Below are positions 30,676-41,247 of a stretch of DNA of 64,000 nucleotides, one piece after another. The translations under genes and the position numbers were made by a program. How positions within the stretch are numbered: position 1 is the first letter of the stretch; each line of letters opens with the position of its first letter. Source of the stretch: a virus; the IMG/VR virus record IMGVR_UViG_3300040971_000026, positions 2,306-66,305 of that record, one strand, 5' to 3'. Under the pieces are notes generated by a model. That model was given only the letters and a program-made list of their open reading frames with translations, searched no databases and was not told the origin of the DNA.

Positions 30676-31158
30676 TTGGCTATGGTCAAAAGGGTTAACA
30701 GTGTCAGTTCTTTTATTTTACAGGCTATGAATGATATTGAAAAGTCACAAATATCAGCATTAGATGAATTTAGTAAAAAAGCCGCCGAAAAATTAAGATA
30801 TTTTACTAATGAATGGTATTCTCAAACTTCCGCAAGAGCTTCTCTAAGTTCTTATCAAAGAACTTATGAATTTTTAAATTCGATAACCGTGGGGAATTTA
30901 ACATATGTTAATGGGGCTTGGGAGGTAGATGTTTATTTCGACCCAGCAAAAATGACATTGGGCGAAAATGGCGGATGGAATCAGCATGAGGACAGATACT
31001 ACTTAAGCGAAATAATAGAATATGGATGGCGAGCTGGCAGAACTGAGATACAGGGTTCTGAAGCTAAGTTCAAAACAATAGAGTGGGCTGAAGAGTTTCA
31101 GTCATTCTTAAAAGATATGAAAAAATCTTTTGAACTAGACGGATTTAGAATAAAGTAA
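30676..31158 (+). CDS. Tail-module hypothetical protein
   Basis: 160 aa directly before the tape measure gene. Confidence 0.55.
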   Translation: MAMVKRVNSVSSFILQAMNDIEKSQISALDEFSKKAAEKLRYFTNEWYSQTSARASLSSYQRTYEFLNSITVGNLTYVNGAWEVDVYFDPAKMTLGENGGWNQHEDRYYLSEIIEYGWRAGRTEIQGSEAKFKTIEWAEEFQSFLKDMKKSFELDGFRIK

Positions 31159-31170
31159 AGGGGTGATTCA

Positions 31171-34100
31171 ATGTATAAGTTGGATTTAATATTTGGTACT
31201 AGCGTTGATAAAACTGAGATAAAAAAAGTTGAATCACAACTTGACGCTTTATATAAAAAGTATCAAAATAAAAATATAAATTTAGGCGTAGATAGTAAGG
31301 CAACTAAAGCTGGATTAGATGACGTTTCTAAGTCAATGGATAATACCTCGAAAGCAACAAAATCAATGTCTTCTAATATTAATACGGCAAGCAAGTCTAC
31401 TTCTGATTTTAGCAATAGGATGCGCACGGCTATCTCCTCAACCATTGAATGGACTGTTGCGGTAGGTGGCTTATACGCAGTAATAAATAAGTTAAAAGAA
31501 TCTATTGGGTTCACGGTCGGATTCGATACATCTCTTACTGAAATTGCGATGGTTACAGGAAGGACAAGAGAAGAAGTAGCGGGGTTAAAAGATGAGTATT
31601 TAGAGCTTGGAGCTGCGCTTAAAGTGTCTTCTTTGGAGCTTGCAAATTCTGCGGTGGCGCTATATAGACAGGGTTTATCTGCACAAGAAGTTAATGATAG
31701 ACTTGGGGAGATATCCAAAACCGCAAAAGTGGCAGGGATGAGTGTCGAAGAAGTCACTAAATTTGTAACCTCTGGAACGAACGCTATGAAGGTTTCTGCT
31801 CAAGAATTTAATGATGTGCTGTTAAAAGTAGCATCTGTTTCTGCTACAGATTATGGAAGGTTGGGAGAAGCTTTTCAAAAGTCGGCAACTGGTTTTTTAA
31901 ATGCTGGGTATAGTCTGGAACAAGCGGCGGGAACGTTGGCGGTTATTCAGGAGGTCACCCAAGAATCAGCCACATCTATAGGTACTTCTATGAAGACCAT
32001 CCTAGCTAGATTTGGAAAGCTAACCGATGCAGGAGAAGATAACACTAAAGCACTAAACGATATAGATAAGGCTGTTAGTAGTGTAGGAATATCGTTTACA
32101 GATTTAGATGGACAAATGCGTCCTCCTGTAGAAATAATAGGAGAACTTGCAGAAAAATGGGATGGCTTAAACATAAACACAAGGTCTTATATCGGCACGA
32201 CTATTGCAGGGGTAAGACAACTTGAGCGATTTAGAGTTTTAATGGAAAATTACGGCAGAGCTGTTGAGATTACAGATGAGGCGTATAGCGCAGCAGGAAC
32301 AACTCAAGAACAATATTTAAAATTCCAAGAATCAATACAGGGGAAATTAAATGAATTGCAAGTGGCTTGGGAAGAGTTTTACAGCTCCATGGTTGACTCT
32401 GACGCAATAATTGGCATTGTAGAGTTTGCGACCTTATTAGTTAGAGGCTTGACATCTGCTAGTGAGTCTGTTGGGGTTTTGAACATAGCCTTTGTTTCTC
32501 TTTTGACAATTTTGGCACTAACCCAAACTGGCTTTAGAACACTTGCTTTTGAATTAATACCGCAGTTTTTGGTATCCATAAGAGCCGGCAAGGTTTCAAT
32601 GGATATGTTTACGGGGAGTATGGGCGCTGCAAAAATAGGGGCAATTGCTTTACAAGCCGCTATGACTGCGGGTGTTGCGATTGCTATAGCTGGGGTAGTT
32701 TCTGCTATTGGCTGGGCTGTAAAAGCTCACAAAGAATGGGAAGAACGGTTAGACACTTCTATGGCGAAAGTATCTGAATTAAAAGGCGAAATAGACCGAT
32801 TAAATTCAGAGAAAGTTCAATTAGATGTTGAGGGAGTCGACTCTCAGGATTTAGCAATATTAGAAAAAGAGCTAGAAATAAAAGAGGCTCTTCTGGAAAT
32901 AGAAGAACGGAGAGCTGCGAGCTTAGCTAATGAAATGATACCAGCTATAGAAGATTATAATAAATATTCTATGAGTGGCACTTGGGGTACAACCGGGGAT
33001 GTAAGCGGTGTTTCTAGGCTAGTAGACCCCGAAAAGGAAAAGCAAGTAATAGCGGCATATAATGCGACGGCAGAAGAGATAAAGAGGTTAAGAGCCGAGC
33101 AAGAAGCTTTGACCGTTTCAGTGAATGCAACAGATGCAGAGACTAAAAGGGTAAATGATACTTTTGAAAAATTAGACAAGACTATAATTGAACTAACCGA
33201 CAATCAGTCTACTTATGAAAGTAAAATGCTCGACCAATTAAAAGTCTTAAAAGATGTAAAACAGGAGCTTTTAACGCCAGAGGCTCTTGCGCATATGGAA
33301 TATTTAGAAAATTTATTAGGATTGACCGAAGATAATACAGACGCCCTTGACGATTACACAGATAGTTTGGGGGCTACTAAGTATGAGTTAAGCCTATTAA
33401 ATTCAATGATGGGCGAATATATATCTACTGGGAAACTGAGCGAAAGCACTGTAAAGACACTAATTTCTAATCAAGGCTTATTAGATTTGGCTTTCGGAGA
33501 TACCGAAGATTCGCTAGGGACTCTTCTTCAGGCATATGGATATTCTGCTGAGGAAACTTTAAATATTCAAAAGCAACTTACCGAAGAGTTGATTAAACAA
33601 TCTAGAACCAGAATGAATATGATGCTCTTGGAGTCTAGGGCGCTCATGAATCAATATAACGCCTTGGCAAGTAGTGGGGCGGATATACCAGAGAATCTTC
33701 AGAGGTCATTATATGGAGCTGGAACCAAATTTGGCGAAGCTGAAAACGACTTAAATAGATATTTGGCTCAATTGGATGAAATTGATACTAGTATTGCTGG
33801 GCTGTCTAAATCTTCAACAAAATCGGCAGGAGCGTCAAAGAGTTCGGCTGATGCAACAAAAGAATATGACTCAACGATGGATTCTCTTAATAGAAAAATC
33901 CATGCTTATAATTTATTAGTTGAGCAACAAGCCACTTATGGCACTGACAATTACGATGCTCAAGTTGCTGCGGTTCGCAATGTTGTTTCTGAAATAGAAA
34001 CTTTGCTTGAAAGAGGTTACGCTGATTGGTCTAAAATGGCACTTGGGACAGAGGAGTATGCAAAACAAGAGGAATATCTTAGAGACTTGGGGATAGACCG

Positions 34101-35217
34101 ATATAAGTGGATGCAAAAGGTAAATGACGTATTAAAAGAGCAAGAAGTTATATTAAATAAACTTGGCGAACAGTATCAAAAGCAAGTTGAGGGCGGTATA
34201 AAAAGAGCGATTGATGCTCTTAATAGGCAGAAAAAAGAAACTACTGATTATTATGACGGTCTAATAAAAGCCAAGCAAAAAGAAATAGACGCTCAAAGGT
34301 TAAAAGACGATTTAGAAAATAGAGAATTAGAGCGCAAGAAAAAACTGCTTGAAATCGAAAAAGCTAGAGAATATCTTGCGAATGTTCAAGAGCAGAGGAC
34401 ATACAAACAACTTCAAGAAGACGGCACATTTGAGTACGTTGCCAACCCAAAAGAGGTTAAAAATGCTCAAGAACAGTTAAAAACCCTTCAAACCAATTAT
34501 GACGAATGGGAATTACAAAACCAAAAAGCAGACGATTTAAGAAAATTAGAGAATGAAAAGGCTGCTTATGAAAATTCCAAAACGCTAGCACTTGAAGATT
34601 TAGATGCTAAAATAGAGATTCAAAATAGCCTAATGTCCAAGCTTGCTGAAATAGAGATTGAAAGCTATTCCAAGCGCATGGAGGCATTGCGAGCATTCGT
34701 GTCTGATTATAACCGTGAAATGAGAAAGATAGGCGGAGATTCAATTACTATGTCGCCCATTTCAAGTGGCGGAAGTAGAACAGAGAAAACAGTAGTTGAC
34801 ACTATGAAAGAAAATGCTCAAAAGTGGCATACTGCTCCGGCTGATGTAAAAGATTTGTACGTTAAGCAAAACGAAGCAATAGCACCTTCTGGGTGGAATA
34901 AAGATTCTTCTGGAGTATGGTATGACGAAAACGGAATAAGGGCATTTGGCAATGGTGGTCACTTGAGTTCTCCTGAGATTATATTAGCTGGCGACGAATC
35001 TGAATCAATTATACCAGATAGTATAATGCCTGGGTTCTTAGCTAGGGCAACAATGGAAATAATGAGTGCTCTTCCTAAGCTTGGCGGTCTTGGCAGTCAA
35101 AGCGTTGTCGGTGGAAGTCCTAATAATTTCTATGGAGACATTAAGGTTCAAGCTAATAATGCTGACCAATTTGTAGCATCAATGAGACAGTTAATTCAAA
35201 CGGGGGTGAATATATAA
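31171..35217 (+). CDS. Tail tape measure protein (TP901-like core)
   Basis: 1348 aa, Ala-rich helical, IGTSMKTILAR, hydrophobic segment, long coiled coil. Confidence 0.9.
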   Translation: MYKLDLIFGTSVDKTEIKKVESQLDALYKKYQNKNINLGVDSKATKAGLDDVSKSMDNTSKATKSMSSNINTASKSTSDFSNRMRTAISSTIEWTVAVGGLYAVINKLKESIGFTVGFDTSLTEIAMVTGRTREEVAGLKDEYLELGAALKVSSLELANSAVALYRQGLSAQEVNDRLGEISKTAKVAGMSVEEVTKFVTSGTNAMKVSAQEFNDVLLKVASVSATDYGRLGEAFQKSATGFLNAGYSLEQAAGTLAVIQEVTQESATSIGTSMKTILARFGKLTDAGEDNTKALNDIDKAVSSVGISFTDLDGQMRPPVEIIGELAEKWDGLNINTRSYIGTTIAGVRQLERFRVLMENYGRAVEITDEAYSAAGTTQEQYLKFQESIQGKLNELQVAWEEFYSSMVDSDAIIGIVEFATLLVRGLTSASESVGVLNIAFVSLLTILALTQTGFRTLAFELIPQFLVSIRAGKVSMDMFTGSMGAAKIGAIALQAAMTAGVAIAIAGVVSAIGWAVKAHKEWEERLDTSMAKVSELKGEIDRLNSEKVQLDVEGVDSQDLAILEKELEIKEALLEIEERRAASLANEMIPAIEDYNKYSMSGTWGTTGDVSGVSRLVDPEKEKQVIAAYNATAEEIKRLRAEQEALTVSVNATDAETKRVNDTFEKLDKTIIELTDNQSTYESKMLDQLKVLKDVKQELLTPEALAHMEYLENLLGLTEDNTDALDDYTDSLGATKYELSLLNSMMGEYISTGKLSESTVKTLISNQGLLDLAFGDTEDSLGTLLQAYGYSAEETLNIQKQLTEELIKQSRTRMNMMLLESRALMNQYNALASSGADIPENLQRSLYGAGTKFGEAENDLNRYLAQLDEIDTSIAGLSKSSTKSAGASKSSADATKEYDSTMDSLNRKIHAYNLLVEQQATYGTDNYDAQVAAVRNVVSEIETLLERGYADWSKMALGTEEYAKQEEYLRDLGIDRYKWMQKVNDVLKEQEVILNKLGEQYQKQVEGGIKRAIDALNRQKKETTDYYDGLIKAKQKEIDAQRLKDDLENRELERKKKLLEIEKAREYLANVQEQRTYKQLQEDGTFEYVANPKEVKNAQEQLKTLQTNYDEWELQNQKADDLRKLENEKAAYENSKTLALEDLDAKIEIQNSLMSKLAEIEIESYSKRMEALRAFVSDYNREMRKIGGDSITMSPISSGGSRTEKTVVDTMKENAQKWHTAPADVKDLYVKQNEAIAPSGWNKDSSGVWYDENGIRAFGNGGHLSSPEIILAGDESESIIPDSIMPGFLARATMEIMSALPKLGGLGSQSVVGGSPNNFYGDIKVQANNADQFVASMRQLIQTGVNI

Positions 35218-35218
35218 T

Positions 35219-36298
35219 ATGGCTAATATTTACGAAGCAAATTTTCTAGAACCTAATTCACAAAGAGCGATAGATGGCGATGTTGATAATGTATTCACTT
35301 TCCGTATAAATGCAAAAACAGGTGTGCCATGTGTTAAATATAAAATTGATATTGCTAGAATTTCAGATAACGTAGTGGTTTATACGAACACTACGACTCT
35401 TTCTAGTATAGATTATATATATGACACTGAAAGTGGGACTCATACAGTCCCAGCAACATCTCTTACCAATGGGGTCGAATATAAATGGTATATTACTGTT
35501 TACGACCCATCTGAATTAGTAACTGGAGTAACGAGTGCCGAAGTTTTGCTACTATTAAATTCAGAGCCAGATATAACATTTACAGTTCCAGCTACTATAA
35601 ATTCAAGAAAATATACTTTCTCTTTTGAGTATTCCCAAGATGAAGGAGTTCCCATTGAGTTTTTTGTGTTTAGCTTGTATGATTCATTGGATAATTTAAT
35701 TGAAACATCTGGGAATATATATAGTGGCAGAACTTCATATGAGTTTACTGGCTTTGAAAATAACACTACTTATAAAGTCGGAGTTACTGGACAGACGAAT
35801 AATAATGTTGAGTTTTCTAGCACAATAGAGAGTTTCGATGTTTCTTACAGTCAAGCAAGCATAATAACCGCACCTTTGGCAGTATACAATTTTATAAATA
35901 GTCTGGTGACAATTTCTGTCGCAGCTTTAAAGCAATTAACTGGAGTTGCAACTGGGGCATATTCTTTTGTTGATGATTTTATAAGAGCTGGCAATAAGGG
36001 ATTGTATCTAGAAGACGATTCATCAACCGCCGAATGGGAAGATGATATCCCAGAGAATTTTAAAACTACGATTAAAGTAGAGAAGCTCACTGGTACAGGT
36101 AAAATAATAGAATTAGAAGCGGAAACGGGAGAATTATATACGGTTGGGCATAATGGCATATCATTTTATTTTGACAATGACGGCATTGTGGCTCTAGGGC
36201 GAGCCAGAGATATTCCTTTAGTTCCATTCTATATAATAGTTTTGCCAGATAAAATATATATAAAAGTGGACAGCGATATAGAAAAGTTGTACATTTAG
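35219..36298 (+). CDS. Tail/baseplate protein with FN3-like repeats
   Basis: LTNGVEYKWYITV and FENNTTYKVGV FN3-like strands; follows the TMP. Confidence 0.6.
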   Translation: MANIYEANFLEPNSQRAIDGDVDNVFTFRINAKTGVPCVKYKIDIARISDNVVVYTNTTTLSSIDYIYDTESGTHTVPATSLTNGVEYKWYITVYDPSELVTGVTSAEVLLLLNSEPDITFTVPATINSRKYTFSFEYSQDEGVPIEFFVFSLYDSLDNLIETSGNIYSGRTSYEFTGFENNTTYKVGVTGQTNNNVEFSSTIESFDVSYSQASIITAPLAVYNFINSLVTISVAALKQLTGVATGAYSFVDDFIRAGNKGLYLEDDSSTAEWEDDIPENFKTTIKVEKLTGTGKIIELEAETGELYTVGHNGISFYFDNDGIVALGRARDIPLVPFYIIVLPDKIYIKVDSDIEKLYI

Positions 36299-36312
36299 GA
36301 AGGTGGTAATGT

Positions 36313-37203
36313 ATGAGCTTTCAAAGTGGTAGCTTCTTAGGAGTATCATTCGTTGGTACATCTAATTTGATGGGCTATAGTGGTCAGCCAGTAATTAGAC
36401 CATATAAAAAATTAACAATATTTGGCGAAGCAACTTTTGATGACGTACACGCTATGCGTGGCACATATTCTTTAGAAGATATACAAGCCTTAGACATATC
36501 GGTTGAAGATGAGTATACAATAGATACTATATATCTGGCATCATTTGAGAATGAAAACCTTGCAGCAGGAAACGTAATAGGATTATCCGAGCCAGTGTTA
36601 TTATGGGAGGTGAACAGAAGGCAAAATGGCTCCTCTGTATTAACCAAGGTTGGCGATATTGAAAATGTAGAATCAGAGGATGCCTTAGAGTTTACGGATA
36701 AAACCGTAACAAAAAATGAATCTTATGAATATGTAATATTTGGAATCAGTGAGAACGAAGTAAGTGAGCCGTTAGTGTCGAATTCTATAGATACATATTA
36801 TGATGCGCACATCTTGATTGGAGAGGACACTGAGGATATATATGTTTTAAACCTTAATTTGGAAAGCTCTAATGTATCTAATATAACTGATTATAATAGA
36901 TACGACGGATATGACAAATATAGCGCTCATTCTTTTGGTAAAAGGGATTTTGAGTCGAGCATAATAACCGCCATTTTGGGCGACGTATCAGAGGCTAGAG
37001 ATGGAATAATTCAAACAATATCCGACTTAAGTGATTTTAGGGCATTTATAAATAATGGGAAGCCTAAAATATACAAGAGTCAAAAGGGTGAGATTTACAG
37101 GGTGGTAACTACAGAGACATCTAGACAAGTTTTGAGCGATAAGATAAATGGTCAGCCATACGTTGTATCTTTTAAGTGGGAAGAAATAGGAAGGTTGGTG
37201 TAG
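36313..37203 (+). CDS. Distal tail/baseplate protein
   Basis: 296 aa; FTDKTV..NESYEY motif; synteny. Confidence 0.55.
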   Translation: MSFQSGSFLGVSFVGTSNLMGYSGQPVIRPYKKLTIFGEATFDDVHAMRGTYSLEDIQALDISVEDEYTIDTIYLASFENENLAAGNVIGLSEPVLLWEVNRRQNGSSVLTKVGDIENVESEDALEFTDKTVTKNESYEYVIFGISENEVSEPLVSNSIDTYYDAHILIGEDTEDIYVLNLNLESSNVSNITDYNRYDGYDKYSAHSFGKRDFESSIITAILGDVSEARDGIIQTISDLSDFRAFINNGKPKIYKSQKGEIYRVVTTETSRQVLSDKINGQPYVVSFKWEEIGRLV

Positions 37204-37206
37204 GTT

Positions 37207-38331
37207 ATGGTAACATTTAATGATTACGTAAACTACATAAAATCTGGAATTTATCATCCCATAGTAAAAATTCAATGGCTACGAGTTGATGAAAGTGTAG
37301 AGTCTGAGTTTACAACTAACCTAAATACATTCTCAATTACTAAGAACGTTAATAATGGCGTTCGCTCTAGCTTAGATATTGAGCTAAGAAATGAATTAAA
37401 ACAAAACATACCAAATCCTAATGGAATATGGATAAATAGAAAGTTTAGAATATTTACTGGATTTGAAATCTTGGGGGAAGACTATTTCTTCTCTCAAGGT
37501 ATTTATGTTGTAAATAACCCAAATCTAACCAGTCGAGGGTCATTCTCTACGCTAAATATTAATGCTATGGATAAGGCGTGTTTGTACGATGGCCAAAATG
37601 GCGGAATATTGCAAGATTTATACATAATAGATATAAATTCTAATTTCAACACAGCCATCAAAAGCACCATAGAAGATGCTGGCGAGGTAAAGACACCAAT
37701 ACTTCAAGCCACAACTATTTTAACTCCATACGATATTGTGACAAATAGGGGGGATACTTATTGGACAATTGTTGGTGAACTAGCAACGGCTATGAGTAGA
37801 GATATTTACTTCGATAATGATGGACATTTAAGAGTTCATGAAATGACCTTGGATGCGATAAAGCCATCTGCGTGGGATTTTAATTTTGGCGAGGACGCTT
37901 TTTCTTATTTGGGGTCTAATCTTAGCTATGAGTTTGATAAAGTATTTAATGCATATCAGGTAATAGGGGATAATATTAACGGAGCAGTCGTTTATGGGTA
38001 TGCTGAAAACAGGGATTTATCATCTCCGTTTTGCATACAGAAAATAGGCTATAAATTGGCTCCGCCCGAACAAAATCAGATAATACAGACAAACGCAGAG
38101 GCTCAAAGATTGGCAGAATATAGGTTAATGAGGTCTAATAGACTGAATCAATCTGCGTCAATGAGTTGTGTATATCTTCCCCACTTAAAAGAGGATGATT
38201 TAATTACTATCACTGATGATAACTTGGATTTAATTAAGGAGAGGTTTATAATAAACAACATAAATTCAGATGGTAAAACTATGACAATAAACGCAACTAG
38301 ATATACCGATGTGGACATAGTGGTTGGATAG
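37207..38331 (+). CDS. Baseplate hub/tail tip protein
   Basis: 374 aa; IYFDNDGHLRV and LPHLKEDDLITI hub-like motifs. Confidence 0.65.
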   Translation: MVTFNDYVNYIKSGIYHPIVKIQWLRVDESVESEFTTNLNTFSITKNVNNGVRSSLDIELRNELKQNIPNPNGIWINRKFRIFTGFEILGEDYFFSQGIYVVNNPNLTSRGSFSTLNINAMDKACLYDGQNGGILQDLYIIDINSNFNTAIKSTIEDAGEVKTPILQATTILTPYDIVTNRGDTYWTIVGELATAMSRDIYFDNDGHLRVHEMTLDAIKPSAWDFNFGEDAFSYLGSNLSYEFDKVFNAYQVIGDNINGAVVYGYAENRDLSSPFCIQKIGYKLAPPEQNQIIQTNAEAQRLAEYRLMRSNRLNQSASMSCVYLPHLKEDDLITITDDNLDLIKERFIINNINSDGKTMTINATRYTDVDIVVG

Positions 38332-38337
38332 GTGTTG

Positions 38338-38355
38338 ATAAAATAAACCTTTTAT
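38338..38355. repeat. 18-bp palindromic site, copy 3
   Basis: ATAAAA-TAAACC-TTTTAT-CGGG. Confidence 0.7.
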
Positions 38356-38448
38356 CGGGTATTTTGCAGTAAAATAACATAATAAGTATTAATATATTAT
38401 AACTTTAGGGGCATTTTCTGCCCCTATTTTCTAAAAAGAGGTGATAAT

Positions 38449-38706
38449 TTGAAAAAAGAAGATTACCTATTAATAAAACAATTAATCAAAGATGAAATAG
38501 CGAAGGCAAATTTTAATAAGTTATATACCGCAAAAGTAATTTCTGTTTCTGGTGATTTTGTAGATATAAATATAACTGGGAGCACGACTTTAATCAGCAA
38601 TGTTAAAAACAAAACCGGAGAAGTATTGTCGACCAACGATGATATTTACATAGAGGCGATTAATAATAATTTTAATAATATAGTAGCAAAATATAAAATT
38701 ACATAA
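38449..38706 (+). CDS. Small baseplate protein, possibly OB-fold
   Basis: 85 aa, RBS GAGGTG. Confidence 0.55.
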   Translation: MKKEDYLLIKQLIKDEIAKANFNKLYTAKVISVSGDFVDINITGSTTLISNVKNKTGEVLSTNDDIYIEAINNNFNNIVAKYKIT

Positions 38707-38726
38707 TATGAAACAAGAAAGGTTGT

Positions 38727-39647
38727 GTGAATATGGCAATAGAACTTACGAATAATGTACCAGCAAGCCATTTAAGTGAGGTTAATAAATACGTAGAACT
38801 GTATTATAAAAATAGAACAACTAGTGGAATTTCTGCCTTTATATCAACCACTAGTAGTATAGACTACAGTAGCTCTAGTGGTGGGGAAGAGGGGGTTTTC
38901 CAGAATTTACTATATGAATTATCTGTGGTTAAAAAATGTTTAATTGACTCGGATAAGTTGAATGAGATTATCGGAGAGGTTAATACTAATTCTGATAGTA
39001 TAACCAATCTTACCGCATCACAAATACCAGTAGTAGACGCAGGTGGTTATTTTTCTACCAAAAACCTTGAAGCGGCAACACAAACGCTTGCGAGTTTACG
39101 AAAAGCATTTGAATCAATCAACCATTCAACTTATAAATGGTCTTTGCCGGGTTGGAGTTTTACTTATTCAACCGCAAATCCCGTTCCGGCATTTAATAGA
39201 ATTTATTACGTACCTATTTATTTGCCAAAAAAAACTTTATTTAGTGCATGGGGCACTAATGTTAAAGTTGCTTATGCAGGCGCTATTATTGAATCAGCAA
39301 TATACAAAAATGAAAATGGTGTACCTACTGATTTGGTAGCAAATTTGGGTAGCGTTGCAAGTACGACAACGGGTTTAAAAGAAGTTTTAATTAATTTTGA
39401 ATTAGAAAGTGGTTACTATTTTTTGGCACATAGAGCTAGCGGTACAGGCGATGCGCCATCTTTTTCTGCTACTAATGGGTCTGTACCTTTTTCAATGGCC
39501 TTTACTTCGCTTAGAAATACCCAAATTGGTACTTACAGATTAGTATTAACAACTACAAGCGGAACACTGTCAAATCCTGCACCTGCTGTTAATGGGTCTG
39601 ATGAAATAACAAACGCAGTAGGTGTGATTGTTTTGAAAGAGGTGTAA
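38727..39647 (+). CDS. Putative tail fibre/receptor-binding protein
   Basis: 306 aa; TASQIPVVDAGGYF..NLEAA fibre-like motif, beta-rich C-terminus. Confidence 0.6.
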   Translation: MNMAIELTNNVPASHLSEVNKYVELYYKNRTTSGISAFISTTSSIDYSSSSGGEEGVFQNLLYELSVVKKCLIDSDKLNEIIGEVNTNSDSITNLTASQIPVVDAGGYFSTKNLEAATQTLASLRKAFESINHSTYKWSLPGWSFTYSTANPVPAFNRIYYVPIYLPKKTLFSAWGTNVKVAYAGAIIESAIYKNENGVPTDLVANLGSVASTTTGLKEVLINFELESGYYFLAHRASGTGDAPSFSATNGSVPFSMAFTSLRNTQIGTYRLVLTTTSGTLSNPAPAVNGSDEITNAVGVIVLKEV

Positions 39648-39649
39648 TC

Positions 39650-39859
39650 ATGAGAAGCGAAACATACAAAGATGGTCAACTAATCAGCTATACAGAATCA
39701 GAAATTAACGGAAACACAGAAACCTTTACAGAATACACCGCAACAGGTGAAGTTGTCAAAACGTGGCAACAACCATACCATGCACCTGTCCCTACCGAAT
39801 CAGAACGAGTTGAAGCACTAGAACAAGCCATGATGGAATTAATGCTAGGGGGTATGTAG
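39650..39859 (+). CDS. Tail fibre-associated small protein
   Basis: 69 aa ending PTESERVEALEQAMMELM. Confidence 0.6.
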   Translation: MRSETYKDGQLISYTESEINGNTETFTEYTATGEVVKTWQQPYHAPVPTESERVEALEQAMMELMLGGM

Positions 39860-39985
39860 ATGTATAACTTTATACTAACTCAATGGATGCTAGGCAAGAT
39901 AGACGAAGTAAAGGTTTTACAATTTGTGCCTAGATGGATAACAGAAGAACAGGCACAGGAAATTATAGCAACTGCAAGAGATTAG
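39860..39985 (+). CDS. XkdX-like small protein (41 aa, not in the ORF track)
   Basis: MYNFILTQW...WITEEQAQEI; usual position after the fibre genes. Confidence 0.6.
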   Translation: MYNFILTQWMLGKIDEVKVLQFVPRWITEEQAQEIIATARD

Positions 39986-39988
39986 AAG

Positions 39989-41140
39989 GTGAAAAAAATG
40001 ATTAAAGAAAATGAACTAGAATTTAAGCAAGCCAATATAATCCAATATCAAAATTTACCTAAAAAATCAGATGTAGGAGCTATTGTAATACTAGATAGCT
40101 CTCACAGACCTAGAAAACACGATAATATTGAAATAGTTATAGACAGTTTTAGAGCTGACGACAACTCTGGTCACAATACAAATGTATGTGCTGTAACTAG
40201 ACAAGTTGCTCCAGACGCAAGAATTATATCTTTTAATTATTTTGGTAGCGAAAAAGAGCAGATAATTGATTGGATAATCGAACATAAAAGTGAAGTAGCG
40301 GTAGTTAATTGCAGTTTTAATAGTCCAACGAAAGATGTAATAGAGAGAATGGAAGCAGAAGATATTTTAGTACTGTCCTCATCTGGTAATAACGGAAGAG
40401 AAAATAGTATATCTTACCCGTCTAATTTACCTTGGATAATTTCAATTGGTGCATTTGAAGCACATAGACAATCTGTATCTGATTATTCAAATGGTGGAGA
40501 AGGATTGGATTGTGTAGCATTTACGGACATATGGTTTCCAGTCACAGCAGATTATTCTAAATTACATTGGTTTAATGGAACATCAACTTCTAGTCCAGTA
40601 GCCTCAGCTATGCTATGGAATTATATGTCCAGAATTAGTGTAAAACTAAAGAGACAAGAAGCTAGAGATTTTATACATCGAAATTGTGTGGACTTGCTAG
40701 ACCAAGGATTCGATTATAAGAGTGGTTACGGCTTATTTGTACTTCCAAAATACGAAACACTTAAAAGAGTGATTTTAAGGGTAGGTAGCCATAATATTTT
40801 AGTAAATGATAAACCTAAACAAATGGACGTAGCGCCTTTTGTTGAAAATGCTAGGACTTATGTACCACTTAGATTTGTGGCAGAAGAGCTTGGATGTATA
40901 GTAGAGTGGAATACAGATATAAAACAAGTTACAATCATAGACGGGAATAAGGAAATAAAATTACTTATAGGTTCTAAAACCATAATCATAAATGGCGAAT
41001 CTAAACAAATGGATGTTGCCCCTTTTATTGAAAATGGCAGAACGTTTATTCCTATAAGATTTGTAGCAGAGGAACTTGGCTGTCACGTTGGGTGGACTCC
41101 AGAAACAAAAGAAATAAATATAGTAAAGCAATTAAGTTAA
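39989..41140 (+). CDS. S8 subtilase fused to tandem copper-amine-oxidase N-terminal domains
   Basis: VILDS, GHNT, SSGNNG, GTSTSSP; two MDVAPF.EN.RT..P.RFVAEELG repeats. Confidence 0.85.
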   Translation: MKKMIKENELEFKQANIIQYQNLPKKSDVGAIVILDSSHRPRKHDNIEIVIDSFRADDNSGHNTNVCAVTRQVAPDARIISFNYFGSEKEQIIDWIIEHKSEVAVVNCSFNSPTKDVIERMEAEDILVLSSSGNNGRENSISYPSNLPWIISIGAFEAHRQSVSDYSNGGEGLDCVAFTDIWFPVTADYSKLHWFNGTSTSSPVASAMLWNYMSRISVKLKRQEARDFIHRNCVDLLDQGFDYKSGYGLFVLPKYETLKRVILRVGSHNILVNDKPKQMDVAPFVENARTYVPLRFVAEELGCIVEWNTDIKQVTIIDGNKEIKLLIGSKTIIINGESKQMDVAPFIENGRTFIPIRFVAEELGCHVGWTPETKEINIVKQLS

Positions 41141-41157
41141 TAAAAGCAACGTTTTAT
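41140..41157. repeat. 18-bp palindromic site, copy 4
   Basis: ATAAAA-GCAACG-TTTTAT overlapping the protease stop codon. Confidence 0.7.
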
Positions 41158-41247
41158 TGTAATATTTGAATTTAAAATTATGAATGGTAAACCTAGAATA
41201 ATTTACCAAGGCAACTAGAGATTAATGCACGAAAAGCGAGGTTTAAC

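Noticed and set aside
30640..30680. Programmed -1 frameshift joining the two ORFs before the tape measure gene (TTTAAAA)
   Set aside because: The heptamer is not in the X XXY YYZ phase, and the -1 frame has stops (TAA, TAG, TAA) before the next ORF.
31263..36647. Many 60-165-aa antisense ORFs inside the TMP and tail genes, and similar ones elsewhere
   Set aside because: Shadow frames of long genes, Ser/Ile-rich, without RBSs.
38727..39647. Diversity-generating retroelement or shufflon acting on the fibre gene
   Set aside because: No reverse transcriptase, template/variable repeat pair or inverted alternative C-termini seen in the window.
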